This document shows positions 54,380 to 64,000 of a DNA stretch of 64,000 nucleotides, one piece after another (positions within the stretch are counted from its first letter, which is position 1; each line of letters opens with the position of its first letter). The notes below the pieces were generated by a model, which saw nothing but the letters and a program-made list of their open reading frames with translations, ran no database searches and had not been told where the DNA came from. The stretch lies in assembly GCA_964016885.1 (NCBI GenBank), contig OZ024741.1:235848001-235912000 (forward strand), in the 5' to 3' direction. This DNA is from Eledone cirrhosa. Its lineage: Eukaryota. Position numbers and translations under genes: made by a program.

Positions 54380-55340
54380 AGGAGAGAAAAAAGAAAGAAG
54401 ACTAAAAGATGTGTCACGAAAATAAAAATGAGAGAAATAGAGGAGGGGAGAAAGAGGTAGTTGATAGTGTATGGTAGTAAATTGGAAAGCGATAGTGAGA
54501 TGAATACATTGGGGGATAAGGAAGAGGAAAATTGTGATAGTGAGGGGGATTGCGTTTGAAAGTGAGAGGGAGGAGATGAGAAAACAATAAGGAAAAGTAG
54601 TTATAAAGATAGAGCTAAAGTGATAGAAAGATGCATGGGCAAATTAAAGAATTGGAAAAGAGAGATTAGAAAGACAACTTTGAGAATGTCATCTTATATA
54701 TATATATAGAGAGAGAAAGAGACGAGGTTAGAATGACAACGGTAAAAAATTCCCCCACCCACCGAAGTGGGAGACAGGTTTGTGTGAAGAGATTGAAAAG
54801 AAAGAATATATAAGATAAGAGGGGTAGAGAGAGAATGATTAGAGAAATGAAAACAGTTATTAAAAAAAAACAGGAGAGAATGACAAAGTGTGAGGGGGTA
54901 TGAGAAAGATATATAGTAAGTGAGACAGCAACTAAGGGGGTTGGTGGGAGGGTAGACTGATAAAAGCGGAGGGGGATAGTGAAAAGCGCGGGAGAGATAG
55001 AGGAAGAGTGAGCGAGAGTCAGAGAAAAAACACGATGTAATGAATAAAAAGGTAAAGAGGCTAATTATAACTACTTGAGAGAAAGTAGGAGAAAAGGGGG
55101 GTAGTGGTATGAATGGAGACAAAAGATGTTGGCAAGAAAAATATGCATGAGGTTTAAAAAAAGAAAAGGGAGCTAGAAAGAGAAAAGAGTGACAGAGGTA
55201 GAAAAAATATTGCTAGAGAATAGAGAGGGACAGGTTGAATAGAAGCAGAGAGGGATTAAATTAGAAATATATTTAATATGTAAGGAGTAGTGAAAGAGTG
55301 ACAAAAAAAGGGGACCAGAAATAGAGGAAAATGATATATT
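54380..55340. repeat. Purine-rich (GA) low-complexity tract
   Basis: Strong A/G strand bias. Confidence 0.7.
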
Positions 55341-55954
55341 TTGGGATAAAACAGGAAACCATATATTTTATTATAGCCTTGAAGCTTTACCAGTGACTGA
55401 CTTAAAGCCAAGAGTTTCGTGTCTAAGGGCACTTACTCAAATTTGAGCAACCATGTATATATATATATATAATATGAAGTAAAAGAAATTTATATTTGAA
55501 AAAAAAAGAGGAAGAAAAAGAACGAGGGTCAGGCAATAAAGTATAGAGAAACACCGGTGTAAAGGGGAGGGGATAACGAGAGTGAACATTTTTGAGATGG
55601 AAGGTTTGAAAGAGAAAGACAATAAGAAAGTGTTTTATATAAGTAAAAAATTGCTGTGATAGAAAAGTAGGTTTGCATGAAAAATAGTCTGAGAGAGGTG
55701 GGGTGGTTGGGGTAGAGGTAAAAGGAACATAAAGGGGTGAAAGTGTCTTAGTTTTCTGTATAATTCCACTCATATCTAGGATGTATTTTTTTACTGTTTA
55801 GTCAGGGAAGAAAGGGCAATGCCCATGACCATCTATCGATGCCTTCGAAACTAATGGTAATGAGTTACGGTAAAACCTAGCAACAGAGTAGAATATACAA
55901 AAGGTATCCAACGACCAGGTGGTGGGGGTTAACCATGTAACGGATCAAGTAAAC

Positions 55955-56610
55955 AACCACAGAATGAAAGGTATAATTGACTTTGGCAGGATTTGAACTT
56001 AGAACATAAAGGGAGCAAACTAAATAGCGAAAGGGATTTTGTTCGTCTCAGAAAAGCAAGGGGAGGGGCAGCATAAGCACAAGGTCATACATTTATTTAT
56101 AGAAGTGGGTATACTAGTACATGATGGCTAATTTATTGCTCCCTCACCACACATACACTTGAAAGCATGAAAGGCAAAGTTGACTTCGGCAGGATTTGAA
56201 CTCAGGATGTAAAAAGATGTAATTATACAACGGATTGGAGACATTAGGAGTGGGGGAGAGTGAGGAAGAACAGGAGAGGAAAGTATTACCAAAGTAAAAA
56301 AAAATAAACAGTGATTTGTATGCATGGACCTGTAACTCCTGGTGGAGTCTTATGGGCACTGTAGTGAAAGCATTTTAAACTTGGCAGGGTCCATTCCCTA
56401 TCCATGTCTGAATACAGCCAATTTCTTCCAGAAAAGGAAAGGAAGAATCGACCCCTCTACTGGACTGGTAGTATTTCTTATAGACCTCGAACGGATGAAA
56501 AGTAAAGTTGACCTGATCACGATTTGAACTTAGAGCGTAGAGAGTGGAAACAAATGCCGCAAAAACATTTGATCTGACGCTCGAATGACTCTGCCAAATT
56601 GCTGCCCTAA
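55955..56610 (-). mobile_element. Three partial family-1 SINE copies
   Basis: ATGAAA..TTGAC..GATTTGAACT near 55965, 56168 and 56495. Confidence 0.75.
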
Positions 56611-57208
56611 ACGTGAATAAAAGTATATAATTGAGTTGGTGAGAAATGTCTCAAGGTAGAGAGGGAAATACAGACTGTAATGGGACATCAATGTCACTAA
56701 AGACGGGTAGAGGGACTTTTTGAATATTTACATGTAAGATATGATATAATATACATGTGAGCCATGAACAAAAGTGAACAATAACAAAAATAAATTGTTG
56801 CTTTCTGTATTATAGCTGGAATGCCTTTCATCATAGGTCTGCTATGGTGAAAGCACTGCTTTGTAGTTATGGTACTTTGCTCACAATCATAAGGTTGTTA
56901 GTTTTATATCCCAGCTGTTCATTGCGTCCTTGAACGAAATATTTTATTTCCTGTTGTTCCAGTTCACTCAGCTGGCAAAAATGTTTACATTTCGCATCTG
57001 GGCTGGGCCTATTACCAACTTTGCACAGGGCTGGTTATCATCACCAATATCACACAATGAGGAATGGAAGTGTCATAGTTTTTATTGTTTAGCTCCATGT
57101 CAAGCATGATCAAGCAGATCTATGATTGAAGACATTCCAACCATGACCATCCTGCCTTTTTTTAATATGAATAAATTCTCTTTCTAAAACAATTTTTGTT
57201 TCATTTAA

Positions 57209-57399
57209 CTCTTAATGTCCTGTACCACACGAAATCACATTAGCAAGACATTCTTAAAATGACAAAACATAAAATTAAATATGAAAGTCTTTCAGTTTTT
57301 TACAACAATCTGTCCACAAGTAAAGATATAATATAAACATTTGAATTAACAAATCCATTTTTAGATACTTTCTGCTAATTTATTACAGGATGTTAAGAG
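57209..57399. mobile_element. piggyBac-type MITE
   Basis: TTAA|CTCTTAATGTCCTGTA ... TACAGGATGTTAAGAG|TTAA. Confidence 0.85.
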
Positions 57400-58071
57400 T
57401 TAATGTCTTACTGGGATTGTCTGTAAAATAAATATAGGTAAGGAAACCACGATTTTTGGAAAATCTTATAAGGGTTCTGCAATCAAAATAAATTTGGGAT
57501 CTCCTGTTGTCACAGTGGAGAGTCTTTCATTTTCTTAAAGTGGTTCCTTAGGTTAGGGGCAGGTTCCATATTGGTTTATAGACAGCATATTGCTTATAGC
57601 ATTGATAGCATGTCACAACAATTGTGATGGTAGAACTATGTTATATCACAGATATGTCACAATAGCTAAGATGATAAGGGTATATTATATCATATAGTAT
57701 ATGTCACAACAATTGTGAGGGTAATGGTGTCAACATGAAGACAGACACACATATTGTGGACTTAAGCACAGTTTCTGAGAACCAAATTTCACTCACAAAG
57801 CATTGGCCAGCTTCAAACAAATGCAGAAGAAATTTTCCCAAGGAATTGTGAAGTGAAATTCTTAATGATGATGATGATGATGAAGATGATAGTATAAATT
57901 TGTAGTTATTGCTATTTTGTCTGAACTCTGTGTGCGTGTGCCTGGGGAGTTTTCAAAACATGAAATATATCATACATTATCGTTATGTATATTTGCATAC
58001 ATATTATGTTATGTGGCTTGCAGTTACCTGTGAAATTTAATTCCTAAGCATAGGAATGTGTGTGTGTGTGT

Positions 58072-59490
58072 GTAGGAGCAACTACAGAGGAATAAAACTA
58101 ATGGACTAAGTTATGAAGGTAACAGAAACAGTTATAGCACAGCTAATTAGGGAAAGAGTCAAATTAGACGAAATGCAGTTCAGTTTCATGCCTGGGAAAA
58201 GTACTATAGATGCCCTCTTTTTGTGAGGCAATTACAAGAGAAGTCTCTAGCCAAGAATAAATAGTTACATTTAGCTTTTGTTGATCTAGAAAAGACCTTT
58301 GACAGAGTCCCTTGATCTGTCATCTGATGGTCCTTAACCTTTTGGAGGCTGAATCTTATTATGAATTGCTTTCCTTGATACTGTATTATGTATTACTCTA
58401 TCGGCGACTTCAGTTGCCTGCATTGAGGGTTAAGGAAATTAGGTGTAAAAGAGTGGCTTGTGACAGCATTGCAAATCAACTACAGAGGAGTTGTCAGCTT
58501 AGTGAGAGTAGGAAGTGAATTAGGTGAGGAATTCATAGTACAAGTGAGAATTCATCGGGGTTCAGTTCTCAGCCCATTTCTGTTCAATATAGTTCACCTG
58601 GCCACAACGGAAAAGTTTAAGACTGGCTGTGATTGGGAACTTCTTTATGCCGATGATCTGGTTCTCATAGCAGAATCTGTTGAGGAACTACAGAATAAAT
58701 TCCAGCTGTAAGAAACAGAAATGAGAATCAAAAGGGCTGAGAGTAAACTTGGCAAATTAATAAGTAGGAATGAAGACTGGTTGTTGATCGTATCAGGGAA
58801 GCAGCCTTCCTTGATATGTAGAAAACAAGTAGACATAGATTCTGAACAATGAATACAATGCAAATCTTGAGTACACGGGAGGTGTATGGGAGGAGACAGC
58901 AGTTCATGAAAAGATATAGACATTTTCCAATAGGAGTGATTGATAGCTTCTGCTACCTAGGTGATACAATTAGCAGTGGAAGAGGATGCTCTAATGACAT
59001 AGTAGCTAGAATAAGGACAAGATGGAAGAAGTTTAGTGAGTTACTACCTCTTTTGACAACAAAAGTCCTCTCCCTATGAATGAAAGGTCAGCTGTATGAC
59101 ATCTGTGTGCAAAGTGTGATGCTGCATAGGAGTGAAACATGGGATGTGAATATAGAGGATATGCAATGGCTAAATAGAAATGAAGCAAGCATGCTTCAAT
59201 GGATGTGCAACGTTAATGTGGGAGAATGGCAGAGCCTGGATGAACTGAGGGAAAAATTGTGTTTAAGGAGTATCAGAAGTAGTGTGCAAGAGTCTGCATT
59301 GGTATGGACATGTGATGCACATGGATGATGATCACTGTATGAAGAAGTACCTAGAAAAGCCAGTAGAAGAAGGCCTGGGCAGAGGCGGTGACGGCTGCTA
59401 TCAAATCGCTGAAACTGACAGAGGAGACGGCAAATGAACACTATGAGTGATGAAGGTGGAAAAGCATGCATAAAAACAACAATGATGATA
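58072..59490 (+). mobile_element. Degenerate RTE LINE (family A), RT region to 3' end
   Basis: NYRGIKL, AFVDLEKTFDRVP, WELLYADDLVLIAES, FCYLG. Confidence 0.9.
58338..58429. mobile_element. 92-bp TTAA-specific insertion (piggyBac-type)
   Basis: TTAA on both sides; removing it restores the RTE frame WSLRKLGV. Confidence 0.8.
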
Positions 59491-59699
59491 TATATATACA
59501 TATGTATATATTTTGTGTTATATATGCATATATATAATATATATATATATTCATGGGTCTGAGAAAAGTACCAAATTAGTGAGTGGTGCAAATGAACCAC
59601 CAAAATACTGCAATGTAGCCAGAAACAATAAAGACATCCATACTGCATTGTCCTTTGTACGGGATAACAAGGGACATATCTAGGCCTTAAGTAGAGGGT

Positions 59700-61420
59700 C
59701 CTCCTTTGAAAACTATATTGCTGTCTCCAGCCAATGCTGCAAGAACTGGCAATGAGCCTGGAACCTGTCCTGGTAAGCGTGGGATGGAAGCTCGAAAGTT
59801 CCATATCCTAAGACCCCATTGAGTGTCCAGAAGGGATCAAACCTTGACAATTGGTAACTGGCATGTTACAACCCTTACAGGCAAGGAGCAGAAACTAGTG
59901 GAAGAGGCCAGATGCTATTGACTAGATATAGTTAGAGTTTCCTCAAAATAATGCACAGGTGGATGTGGGGATACTCACAAGCCCCCTGCAGTCAGAATGC
60001 ATTATGAACTGGATCCCATTGGGGGGGGGGGGTTGCCTCTTGAAGCTTAGGCTGAAAGAAAACATTTGTGTGTGTGTGTGTGTGTGTGGGGGGGTTATGC
60101 GGCAAAAAGTCTGAATACAGATCCTTCCTTGATGGAGTCTCTATTATGAAAACCTTTCAGCACAATTACATCCATAAATACACATCATATAAAGAGAGTC
60201 GAGGACAGAGATCAATAGTTTATTTTGTTATTGTCTCTGATTTCACAATTTTGTGCTGGATGTTTGTCTTAAGAGAGGGGTTGAACTGTCAACTGATCAC
60301 CATCTAGTTATCTGCAAGCCAAGACTACTTAAAGCTAAGAAAGTCCACAAAACCTGCAGGTCCAGTTGACCTACTGGATAACGTGGGAAGCATTGATGGA
60401 TAAGGAAGTCAGGAATAGGATTGCAGATACTATTGCATCCAAATTCAGAGAACTCCCCTAGCAAACTGAGGACATTGAAACAGTGGGGACTGTTCAGTTC
60501 CTGCTTCAGCTGTTAAATGCTGCAGGTGAAAGCAACTTGGTGTGGCACTGGATGGCTGGAGGACCCCTTGGTTCAATCATGAGGTCAAAGATGCCATCCA
60601 CAGCTTGACTTAAAAATAAACACTTCCTCTTGCACTTGTGATATAAGCAGGCGAATAAAATCACAGCAGAGACAGTAATGGCATCCAAAGATAAGACATG
60701 GGAGGACTTTGGGGTTAAGCTGGAATCTGACTTCAGATCAGCAAATAAAGTATTCTGGCAGACCATCTAATAACATCATAATAAGAAGTCCTCTTCCTCA
60801 CCTGCTATCAGGAACACATCAAGGGTTCTCCTCTCTTCAGAGAGGAGCATCCTCTCAAGGTGGAGAGAATACTTTGCTGATCTTCTAAACCTAATCATAA
60901 CAGCATCGTCTGATGTACATGAGGTGCATCTGAGGTCACCAGAGCAATAAAATACCTCAAAGGTGTCACAACCACTGGGGAGGATGAAATTGATGAAATT
61001 CAAACAGAGATATTAAAAACCTGAAATAAAGAAGATATTGATTTCTGTGTGCCAGGTGGCCTGGATGTCTGGAAAGGCACCTAAGCAATGGTAATCAGGT
61101 GTGATAATCACAATTTTCAAACAGGGAGACAAGAGAGATTGCTCCAATTATAGAGGGATCTCCTTGTTAAGTCTCCCTAGTAAAGTCTATGCTACGTGTC
61201 TGGCAAAGAGATGCAGGGAGATTGTCAGGTCCAGGCTAGCCAACAAATAGTGTGGTTTTCACCCCAGATGCAGCACAGCCAGTCAAATATTGCGACAGGT
61301 CTTTGAGAAATTGTGGAAGTATTGCTTCATAGACTTCAAAAAGGCACACAACCACATGGGATCTGTCATTGAAGGTTCTGAAGTGGTATGGGATTCATGG
61401 ACCACGTCCAGGAGCATCCT
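59700..61420 (+). mobile_element. Degenerate RTE family B (Rex3/Expander-like), endonuclease to early RT
   Basis: LTIGNWHVTTLTGKEQKLVEEA, WEDFGVKLESDFRSANKVFWQTI, NYRGISLLSLP, FIDFKKA. Confidence 0.85.
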
Positions 61421-61889
61421 TCATGATGTGTGTGTGTATGTGTGTAGGTGTGTGTGCATGCACACATGTATGTGTGTGTGTATATATGTAAATATATATA
61501 AAAGTATATATATATGTATAAGGTAAAGTGGACATACAGGTGCCATTTCAAAAAGTATCCAGTCCACTCTGTAAGGTTCCTTTTTCATCTACCTCTGTGA
61601 AGTTCAGTGCTTCTATATCAGCTCTAACCACTTCTTTCCAGGTCTTCCTCTACTGCACCTTCCTTCCACTGGGATCTATTGACACTTATTCACTCTACAA
61701 TGATCACCCATACTCATCACATACCAACAGTCTTTTCTCTTGCACACTACATCTGATTCTATTTATGTCCAGTTATTCTCTCAGCTCACCTGTGCTTCAT
61801 TATTAATGCACATTAACATTATACATCCATGAGAATCATTATAATCATTATAATCATATATATATATATATACACAGACACACTCTATA

Positions 61890-62240
61890 TATAAATCTTG
61901 GGTACACAGTTGATGTAATAGCATAACAGGTAGACTAACAGGAAGGAAAGACTTTGCACAGGGCAAGAGCATCAGTGATATAAACCTTTTCCAATCACAG
62001 GAAGGATCCATAGAAGGGGTTGATAACTTCTGCTCTCTAGGTAACTTAATTAGCAGCAGAGAAGGGTTTTCTGAGATCATAATAGCTAGAATAAGAATAG
62101 GATGGAAGAAGTTTAGAGAACTACTCCTACTGTTGACAACAAAACCTTTCTCCCTACATACAAAAGGTTGACTGTATGCCTATGTGCAAAGAGCAATGCT
62201 GTTTGGTAGTGAAACATGGGCTGTGACTGCAGAGAACCTG
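61890..62240 (+). mobile_element. RTE family A fragment
   Basis: ARIRIGWKKFRELL..MLFGSETW. Confidence 0.8.
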
Positions 62241-62308
62241 TTTATTTTTGTGACAATACAACACAACTTCCACAGGCAGGTAAACACCATAACAATTAGC
62301 AATATATA

Positions 62309-64000
62309 TCATCATCATCATCACCACCGTTTTACGTCCTTCTTTCACGCTAGCATGGGTTAGATAGGTTGTCCTGTTGTGGGCAGTGCCCGGTCGGCTA
62401 ACCATGTTTTGCTCATACGGGAACTGATTCTGGCTTGATTTCTACAGCTGGATGCCCTTCCTAACACCAACCTCATTTTCAGTGAGTGCTGGGTGCTTTT
62501 TTCCCGTGGTGCCTACACGTCCACTTTACAGTGTGGGCTGGGTGCTTTTTTGCTGTGGCACCTCCACGACCACTTTCAGTGGGATGGGGTTAAGGTTAGG
62601 GTTAGGGTTAGGCGGGGGCATATTGTCTATATGCTTCAGCTTTGACTTGTACCTGTGTGACGCCAGAGGTCACGGTCGTGTGTCATTGCCTTTGAGAGGT
62701 GCAATTGTGTAAGGTCGGCTTTTATCACCTCATCCCAGGTCTTCTTGGATCTCCCCACTCCGCGGCTTCCATTGACTTCTAGTGCTCTGCACCTTTTTAT
62801 GCAGCTGTCATCCTTCATATATATCACATGTCCATAACAACGCAACCTCCTCTCCTGCACACAACATTTGATTCCTCTTATGCTCAGTCTCTCTCTTTCA
62901 ATTCATTTATGCTTTGCCGTTCGCGTATGTTACTATTACACATCCATCGGAGCATGCAGGCTTCGTTTCTTTCTAATCTACGCAAGTCTTCTACAGACAG
63001 CGCCCAGGTCTCACTACCATGTAACATTGCTGTTCGTATACACGCATCATACAGTCTGCCTTTCATTTTGAGGGAAAAGCCTTTTGCAGCTAGCAGTGGC
63101 AGTAGCTCCCTGAACTTCTTCCATCCTGTTCTTACCCTAGTTATAGTACTTTCCGAACACCCACCTTTGCTGCTAATTTGGTCACCTAGGTAGCAGAAGC
63201 TGTCTACTGTTTCTACAGAGCCCTCCCAGAGTTTGGTGGTGCTTGTTTCCTGTGACTGTTTGCTGCTTGCTGTCCCAGCACAGCTGCTACATGTGAAGCC
63301 TACATTCTTAGTTAAGCTTCCTGAGATCCCACTACATCTCTTGTGTACCCATTGTTTGCATTTGGGGCAGAAGATGGAGTTCCTACATACTGAGCAAGGC
63401 CATTTCCCTGAGGGGATCTGGGTTCTGTTTTCTTGTCTACTTACAAGGGCCTTAGTCTTTGTCAGGTTGACTTTGAGACCCTTTCTTTCTAGTCCCTGCT
63501 TCCATGTTTGGAATTTGCTCTCTAGTTCTACCATTGATTCAGCTATAAGTGTGAGGTTATCTGCATACAGGAGTTCCCATGGGCATCCAGTCTTAAACTC
63601 CTCCGTTATTGCCTGCAAACCTATGATGAACAGGAGAGGGCTAAGAACAGAGCTCTGGTGGACACCGACCTGTATGCTAAATTCCTCGCTATAGTCATTG
63701 CTAATCCTAACTTTGCTGACTGCTCCCCTATACATGGCTTGTACAGCTTTCACAAGCCATTCATCTACTCCTAAGAGCCCACCAGATTATAGCACGGGGG
63801 ACTCTGTCAAAGGCTTTCTCCAGATCGACGACTGCCGGCTTACTTTTAGCTAGGTACTTTTCCTATAACTGCCTCACAAAGAAGAGGGCATCAGTGGTGC
63901 CTTTTCCTGGCACACACCCAAATTGCATCTCATCTAGTTTCACCCGGTCCCTAATCAACTGTGCTATAACTCTTTCTGTTACTTTCATGACCTGGTCCAT
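62309..64000 (-). mobile_element. RTE LINE (family A), continuing beyond the window
   Basis: DLEKAFDRVP, GVHQSSVLSPLLF, WELLYADNL, 289-aa ORF 62884-63753, 3' UTR and (TGA)n tail. Confidence 0.95.

Noticed and set aside
62586-62618. TTAGGG repeats as a telomeric or interstitial telomeric site
   Set aside because: There are only about 3-4 units, located in the G-rich variable tract of the RTE 3' UTR (compare ~3404 and ~7468).

Overview
This is AT-rich eukaryotic genomic DNA. Its repeat content (RTE LINEs with (TGA)n tails, three tRNA-derived SINE families, very long (TA)n arrays) and its poly-C2H2 gene suggest an octopus or other coleoid cephalopod; that assignment is inference. Only one host protein-coding ORF is well supported: an intronless 830-aa zinc-finger CDS at 19184-21676 (-) with 20 C2H2 fingers and 1 C2HC finger. 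Its fingers follow an A-B-C higher-order repeat that includes an atypical Phe-Phe finger class with short linkers. Candidate 5'-UTR exons and a CpG-retaining, possibly bidirectional promoter lie upstream. The rest is transposon debris and simple repeats: RTE fragments of at least two families, a Tx1/L1-clade LINE, a DD37D (maT) Tc1/mariner relic, Helitron ends, piggyBac-type (TTAA) MITEs and hAT MITEs. The main oddities are: a 5.77-kb cargo-carrying hAT-type element with a perfect 8-bp TSD inside a four-level nest; fold-back palindromes carrying minimal type-I hammerhead ribozyme motifs; a perfect 22-bp hairpin; an inverted SINE pair; and an RFX X-box-like tandem array. Everything was read by eye, so repeat boundaries are approximate unless a TIR or TSD is quoted.
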